A stretch of 64,000 bases of DNA, taken from assembly GCA_021802505.1 (NCBI GenBank), contig JAJZXE010000001.1, positions 35,683 through 99,682 of the forward strand, in the 5' to 3' direction. Positions 53,937 through 61,780 of the stretch are shown piece by piece. The position numbers were made by a program, and so were the translations under genes. The notes beneath the pieces are model-generated. The model saw only the letters and a program-made list of their open reading frames with translations. It ran no database searches and was not told the DNA's origin. The stretch's first letter is position 1. Every line of letters begins with the position of its first letter. Origin of the DNA: Nanobdellota archaeon (GTDB lineage Archaea; Nanobdellota; Nanobdellia; Parvarchaeales; Parvarchaeaceae).

Positions 53937-54947
53937 ATGAAACTGCCTTTGGAGAACTTAAAGCAGGAGGTCTTTTCCATCAGGGATGAAACGACTGACA
54001 GCAGTTACGGCAGGGCTCCAAAGGATAGAAGCATAGAAGAAAGGATAAACTACGGTTTTATACTTTTGGATAAACCCGCAGGAATAAGGTCAAAGACCGC
54101 GGCCTATATAGCCAAAAAGATTATGGCGGTATTTGCGGTAAAAAAGATCGGTTATTCAGGGACTTTAGAAAATTGAAGAAATCCCAACGTAACCGGTTTA
54201 TTGCCGCTGGCCATAAACAATGCTACCAAGGTCCTGCCGGTGCTTCTGTTCGGAGGAAAGGAGTACATAGCTCTGATGCACCTGCATAAGGAGATAGACG
54301 AGCAATTACTCAGAAATACGTTTAATAAATTTATAGGGAAGATAACACAGTTACCACCCGTACGTTCGCACGTGAAAAGACAGTACCGCCAGAGAGAAAT
54401 ATATTATTCGGATATACTTGAGATAAACGGGAGGGATGTTCTTTTTAAGGTCGGCGTCGAATCAGGTACATACATAAGAAAACTTATACATGATATGGGG
54501 GAGGAGCTTGAGGTGGGGGCGCATATGAGCGAATTAAGAAGGACAAAAGTTTCCACGCTTTCGGAAAGAGACAGCCTTGTAACGCTGCAGGATCTGGACG
54601 ATGCGGTCTACTTCTACAAGGAGGAAAATGACGGCAGGCTTCTGGACAGGTGTTTGGGCAGCATAGAATCGGCGATAGATTTCCTTCCAAAAATATTTGT
54701 ATCCGATACGGCCGTGGATCCGATCTGCCACGGTTCTCCTCTTGCCGTTCCGGGAGCGGTTAAGCTCACGGAATTTGAAAAAGATGAAACCGTGGCGATT
54801 ATGACACTGAAAGGAGAGATAATAGCCCTGGGCAAGGCGGTCCTGTCGGCGGATGAAATAAAAACCGCTAAAAAAGGCGTTGCTATAAAAACCGACAGCG
54901 TTATAATGAACGTAGGCACTTATCCGCCGTATAAAAAGATTAAGTGA
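53937..54947 (+). CDS. cbf5: tRNA/rRNA pseudouridine synthase Cbf5 (TruB family plus PUA domain), interrupted by an in-frame TGA inside a 12-nt insert
   Basis: LLDKPAGIRS...GYSGTLEN*RNPNVTGLLPLA...GKEYIALMHLH... with a C-terminal PUA domain (PICHGSPLAVPGAV...). The two ORF-track pieces (53937..54176 and 54201..54947) are in the same frame. Confidence 0.85.
54169..54180 (+). other. Putative bulge-helix-loop (relaxed BHB) micro-intron in cbf5 mRNA
   Basis: Excising aaaattgaagaa rejoins tta-g|at-ccc and gives GTLDPNVTG. Outer helix is GGGA(54159-62)/UCCC(54182-85). Central helix is CUUU(54163-66)/GAAG(54175-78). The junctions AG^A and AA^A have the same geometry as the tRNA introns in this window. 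Confidence 0.6.
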
Positions 54948-55023
54948 ACTACCCCGAGCTTCCGCAAGGGGCTTCTCGCTTCAATGCCTGAACTTGCATA
55001 AAGTTAAAGAAGATAAACTTAAG

Positions 55024-55031
55024 TTTATATG
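55024..55031 (+). promoter_or_regulatory. TATA-box candidate for tRNA-Pro
   Basis: TTTATATG lies 27-34 nt upstream of the tRNA 5' end (55058) and is embedded in the 16-nt palindrome ATAAACTTAAGTTTAT. Confidence 0.4.
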
Positions 55032-55057
55032 TGGTGATAGAAAATAAATTAAATATT

Positions 55058-55132
55058 GGGGTGGTGGTCCAGCTTGGTTAAGACTCTAGTTTCGGGTGCT
55101 AGAAATCCTGGGTTCAAATCCCAGCTACCCCA
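55058..55132 (+). tRNA. tRNA-Pro (anticodon CGG), no intron
   Basis: Acceptor GGGGTGG/CTACCCC (one G.U), anticodon stem CTAGT/GCTAG, loop T-T-CGG-G-T, T arm CTGGG-TTCAAAT-CCCAG, discriminator A. Confidence 0.88.
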
Positions 55133-55165
55133 TTATAAATTATTTATCCCTTCAGACAAAGACTG

Positions 55166-56302
55166 TCATCTTAAAGAATAGTTGCAAAGAGGATCAGAAG
55201 CGGTGGGGCCGTTTTCACTGCTATACGCCCTTGATCTGCTGCCCCCGCAGATGATTTTGTATTCACATGCACCGCACTGGCCTGACAGCTCCCTGTTCCT
55301 TATCGCTTTCAGTATTTTATTATTTCTGTATGTTTCTAGCAAGTCATCCGTTTTTACATTGCCCAAACACAAAGGAAGAAGGCCGCTCGGCTGCATTGCA
55401 CCGTTATAACTTACGAATATTATGCCATCTCCATCCATAGTGCCGCGCGCAGCTATGGTGGACAGTGATATCGGACTGCCTTCCAGACGGATAAGCTCTG
55501 AATGCAGTTTTTTGTAAGCATCGCCATTGAAATACTCTCCGTATTTAAGCCTCATTGCCGCCACTCTTCTTACAGACGGACCTTCGACGGTTCTCACCAC
55601 CAATCCATAATGCGATGCATCATATAAAAAGTTGCATACCCCCTCATATTCCTCAGGAGTTATGTCCTCTATTTCAAGGCCTCTGCCGATTTTTATGAGG
55701 AAAAACACCTCCCATGTTTTAATTCCCAGCTTTTTTATCAAGTGAAATATCCCTGGAAGTTCGTATATGTTCTTTTTCATCACTGTAGTATTGATCTGAA
55801 TCCCCAAACCCAAATTTACCGCATCATTTACTACAGCTAAGGTTCTTTCAAATGTGCCGTTTACTCCCCTTATGTTGTCATGCGTTTCCCTAGCCGCCCC
55901 GTCCAGACTTATTGATATTGAAGCCGTGCCGCAGTCCTTAAGCTTCATTAGCATCTCATGTGTGAGTCTGTCAGTCACTGCGGGCGAAACTGCGAATTTC
56001 AGGCCGGCTTTACCGGCATACTTTAGCAGTATAAATAGATCCCTGCGCAGCAGCGGATCTCCTCCGGTTAAAATCAGTACCGGTGGCGGCACCCCAAAGG
56101 ATGATATTTTGTCTATGAGTTCGAAGCCTTCTTCGGTGGTCAGTTCTCCCGGCAGAGGCGTACGGATCGCGGAGGCCCTGCAGTGTTTGCACGCCAGAAG
56201 ACACGCTCTCGTCGTTTCCCAAAAGACCAAAGCAGGTTTATTTGAAAAACTTATCGTATGATTTTTGTTAATTTCAATATTTTCATCTGTCATACACTTC
56301 AA
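55166..56302 (-). CDS. Radical SAM protein with a C-terminal SPASM domain
   Basis: CLLACKHCRA (CxxxCxxC) preceded by VFWETTRAC. The C-terminal Cys cluster CGACEYKIICGGSRSRAY...C is SPASM-like. 378 aa. Confidence 0.8.
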   Translation of the reverse strand: MKCMTDENIEINKNHTISFSNKPALVFWETTRACLLACKHCRASAIRTPLPGELTTEEGFELIDKISSFGVPPPVLILTGGDPLLRRDLFILLKYAGKAGLKFAVSPAVTDRLTHEMLMKLKDCGTASISISLDGAARETHDNIRGVNGTFERTLAVVNDAVNLGLGIQINTTVMKKNIYELPGIFHLIKKLGIKTWEVFFLIKIGRGLEIEDITPEEYEGVCNFLYDASHYGLVVRTVEGPSVRRVAAMRLKYGEYFNGDAYKKLHSELIRLEGSPISLSTIAARGTMDGDGIIFVSYNGAMQPSGLLPLCLGNVKTDDLLETYRNNKILKAIRNRELSGQCGACEYKIICGGSRSRAYSSENGPTASDPLCNYSLR

Positions 56303-56385
56303 AATAACGATGCATGCGCATATAATGTTTTTTGGATGACGAGCGGAGCACCGGAAAGTTATAAAATCAGTTTTTCATTGTAGAC

Positions 56386-57546
56386 TCAACTGCCCCTCAA
56401 AAGGGAAGTGGCTGTTATGGATATAATTATCGTCGCCAGTATTACTACAGAATAAGCTAAATCGCTTATAACCCCTATCTGCAGTGCAATGGTAGCGATT
56501 GCTATCCCTACGGCTCCCCTTCCGTTTATTACTGCGCTTATTTTTATCCTCCATTCTCTAGTTTTTATTTTCATTATCCTTTTTGAAAAGAAGAAATTCA
56601 ACAGAATTGAGAAGGTAATTACGGCCAATGCTATCAATATTATGGCGGGAATAATCGCCTCCAGTGAATGAAAACTCGAAACTTCCACTCCGGCTATTCC
56701 AAAGAACAGCGGTATGAAAAATCCGTCGTTCATTCTTTTAAGCGTTCTTCTTACTTTCTGGAAAAGAGTCCTGCCGATGAGCCCTTCGTGTATTATAAGA
56801 CCGGCAAAGAAAACGCCTATTATATAATTTACGCCTATCAACTGCGAGATCCCTCCAACAAACAGCCCGATAATTATTATGGTTGCATAGCCGAAATGTT
56901 CGCTTTTTAGCAGCTTTCCCGATTTTTTAAGGCGGTTTCTGAGGGTTTTTTTGCTTCTGTTCAGTATTTTATCGACGTTCAGGAATATAATCAGAAATAT
57001 TATAAAGTAAATTACAATAAGTATCGCATTAAATGCCGTTTTATACGCAAGTCCGAGGAGAAGAAAAGCAAGCACATCCGTTATAACTACGGATCCAACT
57101 ATTGTTATCCCCTTCGGGTCCCTTTCAAGCCTGTATCTCATTATAAGGATGGATATTATTGAAATGGAAGGGACGGCTATAGCGAGGGATACGATAAAAT
57201 CGGATCTCAAACCGAAGTGGAAAAGGGGAGCTGCAATCGCTACCGACAGCAGCAACGGAAGTATAAAGCTAGTTATCGTCATTTTGACAGAGGGTTTAAT
57301 GTACTTTATCACCGATTCGGTTTTCATTTCTATCCCGAGAAGGAATATTATGAAGAAAAGCGAAAGAGAGGACAGCGTTTGCAGTCCCGCGCTGTTTTGC
57401 ATTATATTAAGGATGAACGGCCCTATCAATAACCCTGCTATCAGATATCCGATTACAGACGGAAATTTTAATTGTTCAACTATCTCTCCGAGTATTATGG
57501 AAATCGAGAGTATCACTAAAATTTCTATTATAACGTTTAATACCAT
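56386..57546 (-). CDS. Monovalent cation:proton antiporter (CPA2 / Na+/H+ exchanger family)
   Basis: 386 aa with about 11-12 TM helices. The N-terminal LGEIVEQLKFPSVIGYLIAGLLIGPFILN is typical of Kef/NapA-type antiporters. Confidence 0.65.
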   Translation of the reverse strand: MVLNVIIEILVILSISIILGEIVEQLKFPSVIGYLIAGLLIGPFILNIMQNSAGLQTLSSLSLFFIIFLLGIEMKTESVIKYIKPSVKMTITSFILPLLLSVAIAAPLFHFGLRSDFIVSLAIAVPSISIISILIMRYRLERDPKGITIVGSVVITDVLAFLLLGLAYKTAFNAILIVIYFIIFLIIFLNVDKILNRSKKTLRNRLKKSGKLLKSEHFGYATIIIIGLFVGGISQLIGVNYIIGVFFAGLIIHEGLIGRTLFQKVRRTLKRMNDGFFIPLFFGIAGVEVSSFHSLEAIIPAIILIALAVITFSILLNFFFSKRIMKIKTREWRIKISAVINGRGAVGIAIATIALQIGVISDLAYSVVILATIIISITATSLLRGS

Positions 57547-57646
57547 ATTTATTGATTATTTAAAGAGTATAAATCAACCATTATATTATAAATACATTGC
57601 GCGGAATAGAAAGGGTTTTTATTGCGTGGCATTTTTAAATTATGAT

Positions 57647-57729
57647 GCAGAGGTAGCGAAGCGGTCAAACGTGTAAGGCTAAGGACCTTATGGCTCAGGC
57701 CTTCGAGGGTTCAAATCCCTCCCTCTGCA
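57647..57729 (+). tRNA. tRNA-Leu with anticodon AAG (A34); near-identical paralog of the tRNA-Leu(UAG) at 30200
   Basis: Same cloverleaf as 30200..30282 with 80 of 83 nt identical. The anticodon loop reads C-T-AAG-G-A between stem TAAGG/CCTTA. Confidence 0.8.
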
Positions 57730-57893
57730 GATTTATGGCTCTTATGGCTGTGTCAGACCGTATCTCTGGCGTTTGTAACCGAATCCAAAGACGAGACGAA
57801 AACACGGAAAAATCCTTATCTGCTAAGTAGCCTATCGGCGCGGTCTTCGTTATAATAAGGTATAAATACTTGACGGTCTAATAAAATAGAATT

Positions 57894-58187
57894 ATGTCAA
57901 TAACGGGAAATGGTCTGCACAAGCGCTCAAGGAAAAGGCTTAAGCTCGATATGAAGGAGAGGGGAAAGGTCGACATCAAAAAAGCGCTTCAGTCTTTTGA
58001 AGTTGGGGACAAAGTGATAGTGGATCCGGATTCAAGGGTGCAGAGGAACCTGCCGCAGAGGAGTTTCTTCGGTTCTGTCGGAGTAATCATCCAAAAAAAA
58101 GGCAAGGCCTACACGGTTGAGGTAAAACAGCAGGGCAGCAGACTTAAAAGGATAGATTTGCTTCCTGTTCATATAAAGAGACTTTGA
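57894..58187 (+). CDS. rpl21e: 50S ribosomal protein L21e
   Basis: KRSRKRL...FEVGDKVIVDPDSRVQRNLPQRSFFGSVGVI..KKGKAYTVEV. 97 aa. Confidence 0.88.
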   Translation: MSITGNGLHKRSRKRLKLDMKERGKVDIKKALQSFEVGDKVIVDPDSRVQRNLPQRSFFGSVGVIIQKKGKAYTVEVKQQGSRLKRIDLLPVHIKRL

Positions 58188-58189
58188 TT

Positions 58190-58513
58190 ATGGAATATGA
58201 AATAATAGATGAGAAATTCCTGAGCGAATCCGAGGTAAAGGAGAATTACCTTGAGTTTATAGACAAGGGTTCGGAACAGGGCAAGAAATTACTGGAGCAT
58301 ATACAGAAGAATATAAAAATAGACAGTTTTGAAAAGGCTTTTGAAGAGCTTTCCGCTCTGAATCTCAGCATAAGGGATGACTATCTCAGGATGATAATAG
58401 ACGTTACTCCCTCTTCGGTTGATCAGGTCAGGGCCATAATAGCACCCTTAAAATTAAACATAAAGGAAGATGATCTTAAATCAATTCTTTCTGTGCTGAA
58501 AAAGCATTTATAA
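58190..58513 (+). CDS. rpoF: DNA-directed RNA polymerase subunit Rpo4 (RpoF)
   Basis: About 107-aa helical protein in the conserved L21e-RpoF-DUF655 position. ATG at 58190 is preferred over the TTG at 58184. Confidence 0.55.
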   Translation: MEYEIIDEKFLSESEVKENYLEFIDKGSEQGKKLLEHIQKNIKIDSFEKAFEELSALNLSIRDDYLRMIIDVTPSSVDQVRAIIAPLKLNIKEDDLKSILSVLKKHL

Positions 58514-58535
58514 CTTCCAAATAATCCTTTATACT

Positions 58536-59066
58536 ATGGGAAAAGACGAATATGCCTATGTTTTGGAATACCTCCCTTTCGGGCTGCCGGATTCAAAGGA
58601 CAGGAAGGCTGAGGCGATAATACTTACAGATTCACTGGGCCTGCTGCTCGTAGCACTTAAAAAGGATGTGGCTGTAGAGGCCGGTGCAAAAGTTTACATA
58701 GGGGAGAACAAAAGAGAGGAGGTACACCACATAATACAGAGGACAACACCCGATAAATTAAACGGCAACGGCATGCAAATGCTTACGGAAAAAATAAACT
58801 CGATTGTGACCGAGAACGAGGAAAAGTACATAGGTATAATAAACAAATTGGGCTCTGTAAACGTAAGGCTTCATTCCCTCAGCCTTATTCCCGGAGTTGG
58901 AAAAAAGATGGTGCAAAAAATACTGGATGAAAGGAATAAGGGGGAATTTAAGTCCTATTCCGATTTTGATGAGAGGGTGGGCTTCGCTTCCGGTATAGCC
59001 AGAAGCATAGCAGAAAGAATAGAAGAAGAATTGGAAAACAGGGATAAGTACAAGATATTCACTTAA
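58536..59066 (+). CDS. DUF655 (COG1491) OB plus helix-hairpin-helix putative RNA-binding protein
   Basis: DEYAYVLEYLPFG opening and a C-terminal HhH (IPGVGKKMVQKILDER). Conserved partner of rpoF. Confidence 0.75.
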   Translation: MGKDEYAYVLEYLPFGLPDSKDRKAEAIILTDSLGLLLVALKKDVAVEAGAKVYIGENKREEVHHIIQRTTPDKLNGNGMQMLTEKINSIVTENEEKYIGIINKLGSVNVRLHSLSLIPGVGKKMVQKILDERNKGEFKSYSDFDERVGFASGIARSIAERIEEELENRDKYKIFT

Positions 59067-59178
59067 GGGGTTGTAGTCTAACCAGGCAGAATAGGCGGCT
59101 CCAGCTTGTCTGGAAAAATGACGTTAAGGATGATTAAGAAGAAACCGCTTGACCCAGGTTCAAATCCTGGCAACCCCA
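59067..59178 (+). tRNA. tRNA-Trp (anticodon CCA) with a 39-nt intron (59105..59143)
   Basis: Acceptor GGGGTTG/CAACCCC, anticodon stem GGCGG/CCGCT (one G.U), loop C-T-CCA-G|intron|A, T arm CCAGG-TTCAAAT-CCTGG. The D stem has a C.A mismatch, and the splice helix CTCC/GAAG has one mismatch. Confidence 0.75.
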
Positions 59179-59184
59179 GCTGTT

Positions 59185-59508
59185 TCAGTAGGCGTGTCCG
59201 CTCCAGAACTCGCATCTTATAGAGTCAAGGGCGCATAAATTTCTGTTTTTTATGTATTCAGGTATTTTCTCTTTTTTTAGATTATAGCCGATTGAGCTGA
59301 ACATTGATTCGATAAGCATGTTTTCCAGGTTTGATCTGGATACCACCGTGGCATTTTTTCCCTTTTCGTTTAAACCGCACTTAACCTGTTCAGCATAAAC
59401 TTTATAGGCAAATTCCCTTAGTTTTTTTGTAGTCAGCCCGCTCGCATCCCAATCAGGGTAGTAATCAACGTTTTCATTTGAATATGCAACTTTATATCCC
59501 TTTTCCAT
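59185..59508 (-). CDS. Hypothetical protein
   Basis: 107-aa ORF. No family recognised. Confidence 0.35.
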   Translation of the reverse strand: MEKGYKVAYSNENVDYYPDWDASGLTTKKLREFAYKVYAEQVKCGLNEKGKNATVVSRSNLENMLIESMFSSIGYNLKKEKIPEYIKNRNLCALDSIRCEFWSGHAY

Positions 59509-59651
59509 ACCAGAGTTAGATCGAATTCTCTATAAATCCTTTTAATCCCTGATATTTTATGTTTTCGCACGGCATGAAATAATTCTTAAAGCTTAAATAT
59601 AAGTTTACTTCATTAATAACTTTTCAGCGTGCGCTGCGTTTGCATCGGAAA

Positions 59652-60614
59652 ATGGAAGAAAAGGCGCTAACCAATAACGTGGTGATGATAAGGCCGCATA
59701 ATTTCGGCTTTAATGAGCAGACTGCACCTACGAATAAATTCCAGAGAAAAGCCAACGGCGCGGTCAATTCTAAGGCTTTAAGCGAATTTAACAACGCGGT
59801 TAAAAAGCTGATTAAGAACGGAATAAACGTGTTTGTATTTGATGACTTGGTGGATTTGGACACTCCAGATTCCGTATTCCCGAACAACTGGGTATCCTTT
59901 CATTCTGATGGTACGGTGGTATTGTATCCCATGCTGGCCAGGAACCGAAGAGCGGAAAGAAGAACAGACTTATTGTATACCCTGTCTGAATTGTACGGAT
60001 TTAATGTTTCCAGATTATTAAATCTGACTGATTATGAACACAAAGGCAAGTTTCTGGAGGGAACCGGCAGTTTAGTCCTTGACAGGGGAAATCACATAGC
60101 ATATTCCTGTCTGTCGGAAAGGACGGATTCAGAGGTTGTAGACAGGTTCTGCAGGTTCATGGGTTATACCGCTGTTAAGTTCAAAGCTTACGATAAAGAC
60201 GGTTTCACGATTTACCATACGAATGTTATAATGAACGTGTGCTCGGATTTTGTAATGGTGTGCTTAAATTCCATCCGGGATGAGGAGGAGAGGAACAGGG
60301 TCATAGATTCGATAGAGAGCTCAGGCAAAAGAATAATCGACCTGAGCCAGGATCAGATACAAAACTTCGCAGGAAACGCTTTGGAGCTCCTGGACAGAAA
60401 CGGCAGGAGGAAACTTGTTATCTCTAAGAAGGCATTTGACTCCCTTTCTACAGGGCAGAAGGCCTTGATCAGGAAATATGATGAAATGTTAACGGTTAAT
60501 GTAGACACTATAGAGGAATGCGGCGGAGGGAGCATAAGATGCATGCTTGCGGAGGTATTTCTTCCGATCAAAAAAGCGGCAAAAGGCAAAGTGACTTATA
60601 AAAGCAAAAGATAA
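59652..60614 (+). CDS. Amidinotransferase/arginine-deiminase-superfamily protein (COG4874-like)
   Basis: VVMIRPHNFGFNEQTAPTNKFQ opening and a C-terminal catalytic-Cys motif GGGSIRCMLAEVF. ATG at 59652 is preferred over the TTG at 59640. Confidence 0.65.
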   Translation: MEEKALTNNVVMIRPHNFGFNEQTAPTNKFQRKANGAVNSKALSEFNNAVKKLIKNGINVFVFDDLVDLDTPDSVFPNNWVSFHSDGTVVLYPMLARNRRAERRTDLLYTLSELYGFNVSRLLNLTDYEHKGKFLEGTGSLVLDRGNHIAYSCLSERTDSEVVDRFCRFMGYTAVKFKAYDKDGFTIYHTNVIMNVCSDFVMVCLNSIRDEEERNRVIDSIESSGKRIIDLSQDQIQNFAGNALELLDRNGRRKLVISKKAFDSLSTGQKALIRKYDEMLTVNVDTIEECGGGSIRCMLAEVFLPIKKAAKGKVTYKSKR

Positions 60615-60621
60615 CAGTTAA

Positions 60622-61755
60622 ATGGTAGGCATAGCAGATTTGCCATTGCATTACGGCAGGGTGCCGGATTATCTGCTCAGGACCATGAGAGAAATGACCG
60701 ATGTTATTTCCCATGTAATGTTAACCGAGTTCGGAGAGGACGAATTCATTAAGCGGCTGTCAAACCCATTCTGGTTCCAGGCATTTAATAATGCGGTAGG
60801 CATGGACTGGGATTCCAGCGGGTCGACTACTGTGCTGCTTTCTCTTCTGAAACAGACAATAACACCGGAGAAAGATAACATTGCAATTCTTGGCGGAAAA
60901 GGCAAAGCCGCTTTGAAAGTCGGCTCTGAATTGAATAGTCTGCCGTCAATTTTTGACGTAGACAAGAGTGATCTATACACTAAAAGCAGACTCTCAGCCA
61001 AGACAGATATGACGCTACTGCAGGATAAGCACCAGCTATACATACACTCTATGATAGTGACCAAAAGCGGGAATTGGCTGGTAATACAGCAGGGGATGAA
61101 CCCCGAGACAAAATTTGCAAGGAGGTACCATCTTTACAACACTTTAGATTTTGAAAACTCTCCGAATGAATCTATAACCGGTCAAAAAGGGAGTGCGATG
61201 GATATAACTGCAAAGGAAGTATCAGAAACTAGAAAAATCATCCTGGATCTGCTGAAGTCTAATGATAAAAATCTGGTAAGTGAATACAGGGAAGCCGTGG
61301 CAAAGCTTAAGGGCGAAACCACACTAAGCATGTGGGAGAAGAACGCTGCGATGGGAGCATTTGAAAGGGACAATAGCCTGGAATATTACTCCCCGATTTC
61401 GGTTGAAAAGCTAAAGGGAATGCTGTCTAAACTTAAAAATACCTATTTTTCTTCTCTTTCCGACGCCATGCTGAACGGCTTTTCTCCAAGCTTTGCACGG
61501 GCCATGACCCTGGTTTCCGATCTTATATACAATAAACCCCCTTCATTTTCAGATCCGGTAAATTATCCCTATGATCCGTTTAAGTATGCCTTTGCCATAG
61601 GAGGAAAGGACGGCATTCCCTTTCCTGTAAACAGGAAAGTAGCCGTGGAAGTCGCGGAGAGCATGCATCAGATAATAATGGATTCAAAGCTGGGGGATAA
61701 CAGGAAAAGAACCGCTTTTCGCAGGCTTTCCGCCCTCACAAAAAATAATGTTTAA
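60622..61755 (+). CDS. DUF763 family protein
   Basis: LPLHYGRVPDYLL...RLSNPFWFQAFNNAVGMDWDSSGSTTV matches the DUF763 N-terminal signature. Confidence 0.7.
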   Translation: MVGIADLPLHYGRVPDYLLRTMREMTDVISHVMLTEFGEDEFIKRLSNPFWFQAFNNAVGMDWDSSGSTTVLLSLLKQTITPEKDNIAILGGKGKAALKVGSELNSLPSIFDVDKSDLYTKSRLSAKTDMTLLQDKHQLYIHSMIVTKSGNWLVIQQGMNPETKFARRYHLYNTLDFENSPNESITGQKGSAMDITAKEVSETRKIILDLLKSNDKNLVSEYREAVAKLKGETTLSMWEKNAAMGAFERDNSLEYYSPISVEKLKGMLSKLKNTYFSSLSDAMLNGFSPSFARAMTLVSDLIYNKPPSFSDPVNYPYDPFKYAFAIGGKDGIPFPVNRKVAVEVAESMHQIIMDSKLGDNRKRTAFRRLSALTKNNV

Positions 61756-61780
61756 ATATTAGTTTGTTTTAACATATCGG

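Noticed and set aside
54174-54176. In-frame TGA in cbf5 as a recoded codon (selenocysteine, or a UGA=Trp/Gly genetic code)
   Set aside because: TGA clearly terminates neighbouring well-supported genes (Sm protein at 1770-1772, HAD at 2670-2672, pheS at 28108-28110, aglB at 53353-53355). I see no SECIS-like element. Read-through would also still leave the catalytic GTLDP motif disrupted (GTLENxRNP). Excising the 12 nt explains the sequence better.
57149-57676. A 175-aa plus-strand ORF ending inside tRNA-Leu(AAG)
   Set aside because: It is antisense to the CPA2 antiporter gene and overlaps a tRNA.
30200-57729. The two near-identical tRNA-Leu genes as att-site direct repeats bounding a 27-kb integrated element
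   Set aside because: Both copies are full-length, foldable tRNAs with different anticodons. The interval is filled with core genes (PCNA, SerRS, AglB, Cbf5, KsgA, EF-1beta). No integrase or other mobile-element gene is present.
57730-57893. A possible ncRNA in the 165-nt gap between tRNA-Leu(AAG) and rpl21e
   Set aside because: I found only short and mutually incompatible complementarities (GGCTCTTA/TAAGtAGCC, GCAGAT/ATCTGC). I see no ACA, C/D or K-turn signature I can defend. The gap is more simply a promoter and leader for the rpl21e operon.
59105-59143. A box C/D guide RNA inside the tRNA-Trp intron, as in some Euryarchaeota
   Set aside because: The intron is only 39 nt. It has a GAUGAU-like string but no proper RUGAUGA...CUGA pair in the right order, so it is too short and too degenerate to call.
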